Source of the DNA: Dehalococcoidia bacterium
Lineage (GTDB): Bacteria > Chloroflexota > Dehalococcoidia > Dehalococcoidales > JAUYDJ01
Direction: 5' to 3'
Length of the DNA stretch: 63,080 bases
Assembly (NCBI GenBank): GCA_020353235.1
Contig: CP070693.1
Location: 12,847-75,926, forward strand
Made by a program: the position numbers and the translations under genes. Below, piece by piece: positions 1-8,201 of the stretch. The number at the start of each line of letters is the position of its first letter. Within the stretch, counting starts at the first letter, position 1. The notes below the pieces were generated by a model. It worked only from the letters and a program-made list of their open reading frames with translations. It was not told where the DNA came from and did no database searches.

Positions 1-1
1 T

Positions 2-1801
2 GACTACTTAAGTAACGCCCAGAACGCCGATGGCAGCATCGGCGACCTGGGCACCTCAGCCTGGGTAGTGATGGCTATCGCCGCCGCCGGCGAAGACCCC
101 GATGACTGGGCGGCAGGCAGCAATTCTATTATTGACTACCTGAGCAACAACCGCGCCAGCCTAGGCGATATTGCCACCGACTGGGCACGGTCAATACTGG
201 CCATCACCGCCGCCGACCATGACCCAACCAGTTTCGGCGGCTTTGACTATGTTGCCAAGCTGAAGTCCTACCATGAGAACGACCAGATCGGCTCAACATC
301 GCTGCTCAATGACGACTTCTGGGGGGTGCTGGCGCTAATCTCAGCCGGGGAGAGCCAGAGCTCGACGATTATCACCGACGCGATGGCTTTCATTAAAGAT
401 AACCAGAAGAGCGACGGCGGCTGGGGGCTGATTGCGGGCGGGAACAGCGATGCCGACAACACCGCGGCCGCCATAATGGCGCTCATCGCCGCCGGGGAGA
501 GCCCCACCTCCACCATAATCGACGATGCCCTGAACTACCTCAAAACCCACCAGCAAAGCGACGGCGGCTTTCTCTCCGAGGGGGAGACCAACTCGGCAGT
601 TGACTCCTGGGCAATCGGAGCCATCGTCGCCGCCGACCAGGACCCAACCGGCAGTGCCTGGACGGAGAGCGGCCACGACCCGGTGGGCCACCTGCTCAGC
701 CTGCAGGTTGCCGACGGCTCTTTCAACTGGAATACCAGCCAGAACTCCAACCCGGAGTGGATGACCGCCTACGCCATAGCCGCGCTGCGGGGCAAGCCAT
801 ACCCGGTAGCCATATTCTCCGCTTCGTCCGATGACGGTAACGGCGGGGGTGGCGGTGGCGGAGGCGGCGGCGGTGGGGGTGGCACGCCCGGTTTTACGGT
901 CGTGGTTGAATCGGTAACCCCAAGCGGCCGATTCACCGAAGAGGTTACCGCCCGGTCCGGCGATGGTAAAGTCAAGCTCACCATAAGCGAGGATACCATC
1001 GGCAAGCAGGCCGGGGGACAGGCACTGCGCACCATAAGAATAAACGAGATGAATCACCCCCCCGAACCGCCCGATGACGCCGATGTTATCGGGCTTGTCT
1101 ACGACATTGAGCCGGACGGGGCTACCTTTGACCCGCCGATAAGCATGACCGTTAAATATAACCCGGCCCTTCTCCCCGATGGCGTCAGCGAAGAAAACCT
1201 GGTGGTCGCCTTCTGGGATGAAGATGCCGACGAGTGGGTGGAATGCTCATGCACCGTTGATACCGGGAGCAACACCATCACCGCCGAGGTGAGCCACTTC
1301 ACCGCCTTCACCGTTCTATCATCAACCCACCCGGCCACCTTTACCGCCACCGATTTAACCATAGCTCCCCAAGAGGCGGAAACAGGGCAAACAGTGACCA
1401 TCAGCGTCACCATCAGCAATAGTGGTGACCTCAGCGATGACTACGAAGTAACCCTGGAAATAAATGATACTGCCGTCGAGACCAGAACGGTTGCCGTCGC
1501 CGGTGGTGATAGCCAGTCGATCAGCTTTGAAATAACCGCAGATGCTATTGGCACCTATCAGGTGGCCATTGATAGCTTGACTGGCTCGTTTGTAGTCGGG
1601 GAGGAAGTATCCGCGGTGACACCACTCCTCGCCTCCCCCCAGTCAGAGAACGAGTCGACGGCACCGGCGGCGCCAACACCCCCACCGCCAACACCCGACC
1701 AAGATGAGCCGATTAACCTGCCCATCATCGGCGGCATCATCGGCGGACTGATATTACTGGCCTTGTTTGCCTTTATGGTGATAAGGCACTTTACTTACTA
1801 G
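2..1801 (+). CDS. Cell-surface anchored protein (5' partial): prenyltransferase/terpene-cyclase-like alpha/alpha-barrel repeats, Gly13 linker, beta-sandwich (CARDB-like) domains, Pro-rich stalk, C-terminal TM anchor
   Basis: Frame-2 ORF is open to the window edge. Repeated SDGGW/SDGGF/ADGSF and AAAIMALIAAGE-type motifs. GNGGGGGGGGGGGGG linker. DLTIAPQEAETGQTVTISVTISNSGD..YEVTLEIND segment. APAAPTPPPPTP stalk followed by hydrophobic LPIIGGIIGGLILLALFAFMVI tail. Confidence 0.8.
   Translation, partial: DYLSNAQNADGSIGDLGTSAWVVMAIAAAGEDPDDWAAGSNSIIDYLSNNRASLGDIATDWARSILAITAADHDPTSFGGFDYVAKLKSYHENDQIGSTSLLNDDFWGVLALISAGESQSSTIITDAMAFIKDNQKSDGGWGLIAGGNSDADNTAAAIMALIAAGESPTSTIIDDALNYLKTHQQSDGGFLSEGETNSAVDSWAIGAIVAADQDPTGSAWTESGHDPVGHLLSLQVADGSFNWNTSQNSNPEWMTAYAIAALRGKPYPVAIFSASSDDGNGGGGGGGGGGGGGGTPGFTVVVESVTPSGRFTEEVTARSGDGKVKLTISEDTIGKQAGGQALRTIRINEMNHPPEPPDDADVIGLVYDIEPDGATFDPPISMTVKYNPALLPDGVSEENLVVAFWDEDADEWVECSCTVDTGSNTITAEVSHFTAFTVLSSTHPATFTATDLTIAPQEAETGQTVTISVTISNSGDLSDDYEVTLEINDTAVETRTVAVAGGDSQSISFEITADAIGTYQVAIDSLTGSFVVGEEVSAVTPLLASPQSENESTAPAAPTPPPPTPDQDEPINLPIIGGIIGGLILLALFAFMVIRHFTY
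842..883 (+). repeat. Run of 13+ consecutive GGN glycine codons (low-complexity linker)
   Basis: Direct reading: ggc ggg ggt ggc ggt ggc gga ggc ggc ggc ggt ggg ggt ggc, in frame with the 2..1801 CDS. Confidence 0.95.
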
Positions 1802-1812
1802 AGGCGAAATAA

Positions 1813-2769
1813 ATGAACCGGCGCAAATGGCTGATTTTGACAGCACTTCTGCTACTGGCTACTTTCCTTTGTGCCTGCTCGGCAGCACCTCCACAAGAAG
1901 CCGGCGCTATCACAGTAAAGATAGTTGCCACCCAAGACTTCGGGCAGGAGCTGATGCTGGCCGAGACCATAGAATTACCCCCGGGCACACCCGCCATGAC
2001 CGCGCTAGAGAGGGTAGCCGATATTGAGACCGCCTACGGGGGCGGTTTCGTCAATGCCATAAACGGGATTAGCTCCGGATTCACCGGGACACAGCAGACG
2101 ATGACCGACTGGTTTCTCTACATCAACGGTATCCAGGCTAAGACCGGCGCCCTTGACTATGAGCTGAACGATGGCGATATCCAGCACTGGGACTTTCATG
2201 TCTGGAGCTTTCGCCAGTCCGTCCCGGCGATAATCGGTGATTTCCCCGAACCCCTGGGGCACGGCTACGGGGGTAAAGTCAGCCCGACCCTCATCGCCCA
2301 TGCCGACGATTTGGCTAAAGAGGCAGATAACCTAGAAAATCGGCTCAGCCAGCTAGGCATAAATAACATCAGTATCAAACGGCTGAGTGAGCTATCTATG
2401 GACGAGAAAGAATCGGCTAATCTGATTCTGTTAGGCACTATTGATAGTGAGCTTATATCAGAGCTCAATGATATCTGGGAGAGATTAGGCTTCTTTGCCC
2501 ACTTTGAGGAAGAAAAGCTGGTCGTCTTCAACGCCAGCGGTGAAGTAACCGCTGAATACGGGGCGGGGGTGGGGCTAATCCAGGCAACACAGAACCCGTG
2601 GAACCCGAAGGGCATCGGCGCCGCTGAAAATGTGGTCTGGCTGATTTCAGGCACCGATACCGACGGGGTGAAAAGCGCCCTGGACGCCTTAATCAACCAC
2701 CCCACCCAGTTACAGTATGCCAGCGCCGCTGTCACCGCCAGCGGGGAGATAATCAGGATACCGCAGTGA
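1813..2769 (+). CDS. DUF4430 (transcobalamin-like C-terminal domain) lipoprotein
   Basis: Signal peptide with lipobox-like LCAC. ITVKIVAT...FVNAINGI...DWFLYINGIQAKTGALDYELNDGDIQHWDF fits the DUF4430 pattern (from memory). 11-nt gap to the upstream gene and 4-nt overlap with the ecfT-like gene. Confidence 0.75.
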   Translation: MNRRKWLILTALLLLATFLCACSAAPPQEAGAITVKIVATQDFGQELMLAETIELPPGTPAMTALERVADIETAYGGGFVNAINGISSGFTGTQQTMTDWFLYINGIQAKTGALDYELNDGDIQHWDFHVWSFRQSVPAIIGDFPEPLGHGYGGKVSPTLIAHADDLAKEADNLENRLSQLGINNISIKRLSELSMDEKESANLILLGTIDSELISELNDIWERLGFFAHFEEEKLVVFNASGEVTAEYGAGVGLIQATQNPWNPKGIGAAENVVWLISGTDTDGVKSALDALINHPTQLQYASAAVTASGEIIRIPQ

Positions 2770-3692
2770 TTAACTTCAGATACCGCCTGAAGGGAACCCC
2801 GGTGCACGCTCTCAATCCCTTTGCCAAGCTGGCGTGGGTAGCCAGCATCTTTGTCCTCAGCCTACTCTTCAACCACCCCGTCTACCTGCTTTTATTATTC
2901 CTGTCCACCCTGCCCCTGGTAATAACCGCCCAGATATGGCGGCAGTGGGTCTCGCTAATGAAGTTCACCCTGTACCTCTGCCTAGCCATAATCATCATTA
3001 ATGCGTTGGTCAGTTCCCACGGCACCCATCTGCTATGGCAGGCCCCCTTCCAGCTGCCGCTGGTGGGCACACCGGCGATAACCCTGGAGGCAATCTTCTT
3101 TGGCGCCGGCATGTGTCTGAGACTGCTGGCGATAATCTCGGCTTTTGCCCTGCTGACCTTCACCGTTCACCCCGATGACATTATGCTCGCCATGCTCAAA
3201 ATGAAGCTGCCCTATAAATCGGTGCTGGCCATCTCCCTCTCCACCCGATTCATCCCCACCCTGATTGAGGATGCCGCCCGAATCAGCGATGTGCAGCGCT
3301 CCCGGGGCCTGGAGCTTGACCGGGGCCGGCTAACGCAGCGCCTCAAGAGCCGGATGGCCATTATTATACCGCTGCTGTCCAACTCGCTGGACCGAACCGT
3401 CCAGGTGGCGGAGGCGATGGAAGCCAGAGCCTTTGGCTCTGGTCAGAAAAGGAGCTTCTACAAAGAGATTGCCCTGAAAAAGCCCGATATCCCGGCTTTG
3501 ATAATGGGCCTGATACCGCTTCTGCTCGGTATTTTCATCTGGTGGCGGGGGATGGGGGACTACCAGTACTATCCGGCACTGGCCAGGCTAGGCTTTACCG
3601 GTCTGGAAGGCACTCTGCTGGCACTGCTCATCCTGTCACTCTGCCTGATGCTGCCGCTGGGCCTGGCCCGGAAGAGGATTGAAGTTGATTAA
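2766..3692 (+). CDS. ecfT: ECF transporter transmembrane (T) component, CbiQ/EcfT family
   Basis: Polytopic membrane protein. The two Ala-Arg-Gly type coupling helices are present (SDVQRSRGLE, EAMEARAFG). Overlaps both neighbours. Confidence 0.85.
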   Translation: MINFRYRLKGTPVHALNPFAKLAWVASIFVLSLLFNHPVYLLLLFLSTLPLVITAQIWRQWVSLMKFTLYLCLAIIIINALVSSHGTHLLWQAPFQLPLVGTPAITLEAIFFGAGMCLRLLAIISAFALLTFTVHPDDIMLAMLKMKLPYKSVLAISLSTRFIPTLIEDAARISDVQRSRGLELDRGRLTQRLKSRMAIIIPLLSNSLDRTVQVAEAMEARAFGSGQKRSFYKEIALKKPDIPALIMGLIPLLLGIFIWWRGMGDYQYYPALARLGFTGLEGTLLALLILSLCLMLPLGLARKRIEVD

Positions 3693-5352
3693 GATAGAGG
3701 ACTTCACCTTCTACTACAGCGGTGCCTCCAAGCCCGCCCTTGAGGAGATAAACCTTGAGATTGGGGACGGCGAGTTTGTGCTGGTAACCGGCCCCTCGGG
3801 CGGGGGTAAGTCCAGCCTGTGCCGGGCCGTCAACGGCCTAATCCCCCACTTCTACGGGGGCAAAGTGGCCGGGCAGATAGAGGTCGAGGGGCGGGATACC
3901 CTAAAGCACCCCCCCAAAGAACTGGCCACCAGAGTGGGCATGGTCTTTCAGGACCCGGAAAACCAGCTGGTGGCCACGGATGTAGAACGGGAGATCGCCT
4001 TCGGTCTGGAAAACCTGGCCTTCCCCCGGGAATTAATTGCCCGGCGCATCGAAGAGGCACTGGATACGCTGGGTATCGCCGGCCTCCGTCACCGGCAGCT
4101 ATATGAACTTTCCGGCGGTGAGAAGCAAAAAATAGCCATTGCCTCGGTCTTAGCCCTCCACCCCCAAGTTCTGATGCTGGATGAACCGACCTCGGAACTA
4201 GACCCCCACAGCGCCGAGGAAGTGCTCGCCATAACTAAGCGGCTAAACGACGAGCTGGGTATCACCATCATACTGATTGAGCACCGGCTGGACAGAGTCA
4301 TCCAGCACGCCGACAGACTAATCGTGCTCGACGGGGGCAGGGTGGTCGCCGATGGCAAAACCAGAGAAGTGCTGAGCTCAAACTACCCGGATATAGAGGC
4401 TATCGGCCTCGGCATCCCGCCGGTAATCAGGCTGACCCATGAGCTCAAAAGCAGGGGCTTTAATATTAATAAAATGCCGCTCACCGTAGAAGAGGGCCAA
4501 ATAATGCTCATCCAGGTCCTGCCCAAAGCATACGCCCGTTTACCCCGGCCCGAGGCAGAGCAAAATAACAAGCCGGTAATCGAGATGGAGAAGCTATGGC
4601 ATATCTATCCCGAAGGCAATACCGCTTTGCAGGACATCAGCCTGAAGATAGGCGAGGGTGAATTGGTGGCCATTATCGGGCGGAATGCCTCCGGGAAAAC
4701 AACGCTGGTCAAGCACCTGAACGGTCTGCTGAAGCCAACCAGGGGCACGGTAGCCGTGGGCGGAATTGACACTGAAGAGACGACCACCGCCGAGTTAGCC
4801 CGCCGGGTGGGCTTTGTTTTCCAGAACCCGAACGACCACCTCCTCGCTGATACCGTTGCCGAGGAGATCGCCTTTTCCCTGAAAAACCTGGGTTTTAAAA
4901 ATACCAGCTCACGCCTCAGCCGGACTCTGGATATGTTTAAGCTGGCCGAATACCAAAGCCAATACCCCCGCTCCCTCAGCGGCGGCCAGAAACAGCGGGT
5001 GGCACTGGCGTCGGTGGTGGCGATTCAGCCCCGGATTTTAATTCTGGATGAGCCAACCCGGGGCATGGAGTACCGCCTCAAGCATGAACTGATGGACTTT
5101 CTCCGTGAATATGCCGGACAGGGTAACACCGTGATTCTGGTCACCCATGATGTGGAAACGGTAGCCGAATATGCCGACCGGGTGGTCCTGCTCAGTGACG
5201 GGGAAATAATGGCTGACGGCAGCAAGCGGCAGATCCTGTCGCAGGCACAGCTCTTCTCACCCCAGATAAATCGGCTGGTGCAAGCCTTCACCGAATACGG
5301 CATTCCCGATGACATCTTAACCGTGGCCGAGCTGCTGGAGATAATAAAATGA
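3679..5352 (+). CDS. ecfA: ECF transporter fused double ATPase (EcfA1-EcfA2)
   Basis: Two full ABC halves. Walker A GPSGGGKSS and GRNASGKTT. Signatures LSGGEKQK and LSGGQKQR. Walker B LMLDEP and LILDEP. The start is a non-ATG codon, so its position is approximate. Confidence 0.9.
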   Translation: MKLIKIEDFTFYYSGASKPALEEINLEIGDGEFVLVTGPSGGGKSSLCRAVNGLIPHFYGGKVAGQIEVEGRDTLKHPPKELATRVGMVFQDPENQLVATDVEREIAFGLENLAFPRELIARRIEEALDTLGIAGLRHRQLYELSGGEKQKIAIASVLALHPQVLMLDEPTSELDPHSAEEVLAITKRLNDELGITIILIEHRLDRVIQHADRLIVLDGGRVVADGKTREVLSSNYPDIEAIGLGIPPVIRLTHELKSRGFNINKMPLTVEEGQIMLIQVLPKAYARLPRPEAEQNNKPVIEMEKLWHIYPEGNTALQDISLKIGEGELVAIIGRNASGKTTLVKHLNGLLKPTRGTVAVGGIDTEETTTAELARRVGFVFQNPNDHLLADTVAEEIAFSLKNLGFKNTSSRLSRTLDMFKLAEYQSQYPRSLSGGQKQRVALASVVAIQPRILILDEPTRGMEYRLKHELMDFLREYAGQGNTVILVTHDVETVAEYADRVVLLSDGEIMADGSKRQILSQAQLFSPQINRLVQAFTEYGIPDDILTVAELLEIIK

Positions 5353-6071
5353 GAAAGAGTTACTTTCTATTAATGCTGATAATCGTGGTCGGCACAGCGG
5401 CTTTGTTTGCTCCCCAGTTAAATTTCTCCTTGAACTGGGGGCTGACGGCAACCCTGCTGGTTATCTTGGCCATTGTTGCCTTCTTCTTTGAGTTTGAAGC
5501 CGCCGCCATAAGCTCCAAGGAGATAGCATTAGTAGCCATGCTGGGCACCATATCGGCGGTGGCCAGAGTCCCCTTTGCCGCCATCCCCAACCTGCAACCA
5601 TGCACCTACTTGATAATCTGCGCCGGCTATGTCTTCGGACCGGTGGCTGGCTTTATGGTGGGGGCGATAACCGCCCTCGTCTCTAACTTCTTCCTCGGTC
5701 AGGGCCCGTGGACGCCCTACCAGATGTTTGCCTGGGGGCTGGCCGGAGTCAGCGCCGCCTATATCAGGCAGCTAAATCTGGGCAGAGCCGGGTTGATTAT
5801 TTTCGGTGCGCTCTGGGGTTATCTCTATGGCTGGATAGTCAACACCTGGTTCTGGCTCTCCTTTATCTATCCGCTCACCCTGAAGACCTTTCTGCTGTAC
5901 CAGCTCAACAGCCTCTGGTTTGACACCCTCCACGCCACCGGCAACGCGCTCTTTCTGGGTCTCTTCGGGGTCAAGACAATCGCAATTCTAGAGAGGTTCC
6001 GGCAGAGATTTAACTGGGGACTGCTTGACACCACCCACCCACCCCGATGGGAAACGCGGCAACAGAGCTAA
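5349..6071 (+). CDS. Integral membrane protein, probable dedicated ECF substrate-capture (S) component
   Basis: About six hydrophobic helices. 4-nt overlap with the ATPase stop. Size and position are typical of a group-I ECF S component. I recognised no family-specific motif. Confidence 0.6.
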   Translation: MRKSYFLLMLIIVVGTAALFAPQLNFSLNWGLTATLLVILAIVAFFFEFEAAAISSKEIALVAMLGTISAVARVPFAAIPNLQPCTYLIICAGYVFGPVAGFMVGAITALVSNFFLGQGPWTPYQMFAWGLAGVSAAYIRQLNLGRAGLIIFGALWGYLYGWIVNTWFWLSFIYPLTLKTFLLYQLNSLWFDTLHATGNALFLGLFGVKTIAILERFRQRFNWGLLDTTHPPRWETRQQS

Positions 6072-6163
6072 CACTAGCCACGAAAATCTATCAATAGCAT
6101 ATTTTCAGGCTAAATTAATTGGGGGTTTCGGTTGAGGGGTATTCTGGGCGTGTTGCCGGCAGT

Positions 6164-6448
6164 CTAGCCTCTCTTGCGCTGCCAGCCAAGCGTGGCCAGT
6201 AGTTCTCCAATGGAAGCATCGGTTACCGGGTCTTTAATGATCATGCCGGGGTGGATACGGTAGGTATTCTGTCTACCCTGTTTAGTTCGGGTAATGTATC
6301 CCTCTTTCTCAAGCTCAATTATTATCTTGTGGGTTGTCCGCTCAGTTAGACCGATATCATTGCCGATGTCTCTCGCTGTTTTCTCCGGATTCCTGGCGAC
6401 AGAAATCAGCACTAGTCCATGATTGGTAAGAAGAGTCCAGTCAGCCAT
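6164..6448 (-). CDS. Small winged helix-turn-helix transcriptional regulator (ArsR/MarR-like)
   Basis: 94 aa. TARDIGNDIGLTERTTHKIIIELEKEGYITR is an HTH plus wing pattern. GGAGG lies 8 nt upstream of the ATG. Confidence 0.8.
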   Translation of the reverse strand: MADWTLLTNHGLVLISVARNPEKTARDIGNDIGLTERTTHKIIIELEKEGYITRTKQGRQNTYRIHPGMIIKDPVTDASIGELLATLGWQRKRG

Positions 6449-6483
6449 TTCATTAACCTCCTACAAAATTTTGAGCAAATATA

Positions 6484-6510
6484 TTGACAAAAGTTACTTT
6501 TCTAGTATAA
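6484..6510 (+). promoter_or_regulatory. Candidate sigma70-type promoter (TTGACA-15 nt-TATAAT) facing the 6641 mini-ORF and 6777 gene
   Basis: TTGACA at 6484..6489 and TATAAT at 6505..6510. The 15-nt spacer is short. Confidence 0.45.
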
Positions 6511-6563
6511 TATTACTAGCAATAGATTTCTAGTAATAGCACTCTAATAACACAATACTAGAA
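6499..6563. promoter_or_regulatory. Four CTAG-core half-sites (TTCTAGTA / TACTAGMA) forming two inverted-repeat operators
   Basis: TTCTAGTA at 6499..6506, TACTAGCA at 6513..6520, TTCTAGTA at 6527..6534, TACTAGAA at 6556..6563. TACTAGAA is the exact reverse complement of TTCTAGTA. Confidence 0.5.
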
Positions 6564-6591
6564 TTATAAAGCCGATACAGGTATTTGTCAA
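6563..6591 (-). promoter_or_regulatory. Consensus sigma70-type promoter (TTGACA-17 nt-TATAAT) for the wHTH regulator gene
   Basis: The reverse complement reads TTGACA aatacctgtatcggctt TATAAT. This predicts a 5' UTR of about 110 nt that carries the CTAG-core repeats. Confidence 0.6.
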
Positions 6592-6640
6592 GTATAAAAA
6601 GCGGTAATAACTGCAATATTCTTAACCGAAAGGAGCAAGG

Positions 6641-6733
6641 ATGAAAAAGCAACCAAGACCCAAACCGCGGTAACACGGAAAAAGGGATGAGCAGCACAGG
6701 AGCTGAAAACGCCAGGAGATGCTCCTGTGCTGC
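6641..6733 (+). promoter_or_regulatory. Candidate leader unit 1: 10-codon mini-ORF (MKKQPRPKPR) plus a 13-bp perfect hairpin
   Basis: AAAGGAG at 6629..6635. ATG at 6641 and TAA at 6671..6673. Hairpin arms GCAGCACAGGAGC (6691..6703) and GCTCCTGTGCTGC (6721..6733). Confidence 0.4.
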
Positions 6734-6776
6734 CGGTCTGGCTAATTAATAAAATCTGCTTAAAAAGGAGCTTAAA

Positions 6777-7451
6777 ATGTTCTGGAAAAAGAAGAAAGAA
6801 GCCGCTGTATCCAGTACAGTAACTCCTCCCGTCGCCAAAGCAGAAAAACTGGCCGAACCGCAAAAAATACCGGAGATGGTGGGGAGGCACCTCATCGACA
6901 AGCTGAAAATGGATGTCGTCTGGGTATGGGACCTGAAGGCAGTGCTGCGCAAGCGTGCCGGGGGTAAGCCGGGTTTCGATATTCGCGTTTACGACGAGGT
7001 TGAGATGGACGATAAGAAAAAGAAGGTTAAGGACTACACCTCTTTAGATGGGCGACCTGATTTGATGCTCTACGAGGGCTGGTTCGACCCGCAGACGAAG
7101 CAGATAGAATTAAAGGACTTGGTCACTCAAGATTACACCATCCTGAATGAAGCTGAAATCCTGCAGAAAATCGAAGGCTTGAAGGAACCAGGCAGTACTG
7201 TTTTCTTCTACCTCGCCGGGGGTTCAGCCAGCGGAGGCCCCTTTCGCCGGGGTGCCGGTATCGTTGAGCTTAACCCCGATTACCCGGGGGCAAAACAGAA
7301 GAAATATAACATTTACCGGGCCGATGTGAAGACCACCGAACCGGTAGACAAGGGGCAAAAAGCCTACGAAGCCGATAAAGCCAAAGATGCCGCCAAGTGG
7401 ATTAAGAATAATCACTTCAAACCCTGGTGGTACCGAACCTTGGCGAAATAA
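6777..7451 (+). CDS. Hypothetical Lys-rich protein (no recognised domain)
   Basis: 224-aa ORF with SD AAGGAGC 5 nt upstream. No competing ORF of comparable length. No recognisable motif. Confidence 0.6.
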   Translation: MFWKKKKEAAVSSTVTPPVAKAEKLAEPQKIPEMVGRHLIDKLKMDVVWVWDLKAVLRKRAGGKPGFDIRVYDEVEMDDKKKKVKDYTSLDGRPDLMLYEGWFDPQTKQIELKDLVTQDYTILNEAEILQKIEGLKEPGSTVFFYLAGGSASGGPFRRGAGIVELNPDYPGAKQKKYNIYRADVKTTEPVDKGQKAYEADKAKDAAKWIKNNHFKPWWYRTLAK

Positions 7452-7499
7452 GCGCTTGAAACATACTATTAAAACGGGTGAGGTAGGGAGGTAATCGTA

Positions 7500-7832
7500 A
7501 TGAACAAGGTCTCAAGATTGGCCTGCGTTTTACTTGTCTTTACGCTACTGGTGGTTATTTTAGCGGGCTGCGCCGCCCCTCTGTCACCATCAATAAGCCG
7601 GCCTCGCGATGGTGCCACCGTGAAGACATCACCGGCCAGGGTGACGGGCACCTGTCCCGACAATAAGGCAACGATAACAGTTAACGGACAGGAGGTAGCC
7701 GTGACACAGTATGGCTCCTTTGAAGCCTTTGTCCCCCTTACCGAGGGGGAAAACACCATAACCGTGGTGGCTACCCGGCGTGACAAGACGGCGACCAAGA
7801 CCATAAAGGTCACCTATGTGCCCGGGCCTTAG
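7500..7832 (+). CDS. Small lipoprotein with a single Ig-like beta domain
   Basis: Signal peptide with lipobox ILAGC. Alternating beta-strand pattern (ATVKTSPARVTGT...ITVNGQEV...GENTITVVA...IKVTY). GGGAGG RBS upstream. Confidence 0.7.
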   Translation: MNKVSRLACVLLVFTLLVVILAGCAAPLSPSISRPRDGATVKTSPARVTGTCPDNKATITVNGQEVAVTQYGSFEAFVPLTEGENTITVVATRRDKTATKTIKVTYVPGP

Positions 7833-7904
7833 CCGGCTCTCTATCCATGCTTATGAAAGAAGATCACCGGGAAACGCTCCACTAAAAAGGAGGTGAAGAC
7901 AGGT

Positions 7905-8019
7905 ATGGTAGGGAAACCAAAGCCAAAGCCCAAGCCCCGACGGTCTAAGTGACATCCGTAAACACCGGGAGGTAGTGCCGGGAGCTAAAAGCAAAGAGCG
8001 CCCTTGCGCACTACCTCCC
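7905..8019 (+). promoter_or_regulatory. Candidate leader-like unit 2: 15-codon mini-ORF (MVGKPKPKPKPRRSK) plus a 12-bp perfect hairpin
   Basis: AAGGAGGTG at 7887..7895. ATG at 7905 and TGA at 7950..7952. Hairpin arms GGGAGGTAGTGC (7967..7978) and GCACTACCTCCC (8008..8019). Confidence 0.4.
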
Positions 8020-8201
8020 CTTTAACTACTGGCGACAGAATAATCAGCTCCCTTCAACTCAGCTCCCCCAGCTTGCCCATCACCCCCTCCCCACCCCAAA
8101 TCAGGCTACTTGACACGCCGCATAATATGAGCTTTATAATAGAGGGCTAATCAGGCTAAGGCGGTTTTGGCGCTTTCACTTGGCAACAAAGAGGGAGCAA
8201 T

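Noticed and set aside
341-1057. 238-aa and 88-aa minus-strand ORFs, including a poly-Pro run
   Set aside because: They are antisense to the surface-protein gene. The poly-Pro run is simply the complement of the Gly-codon run.
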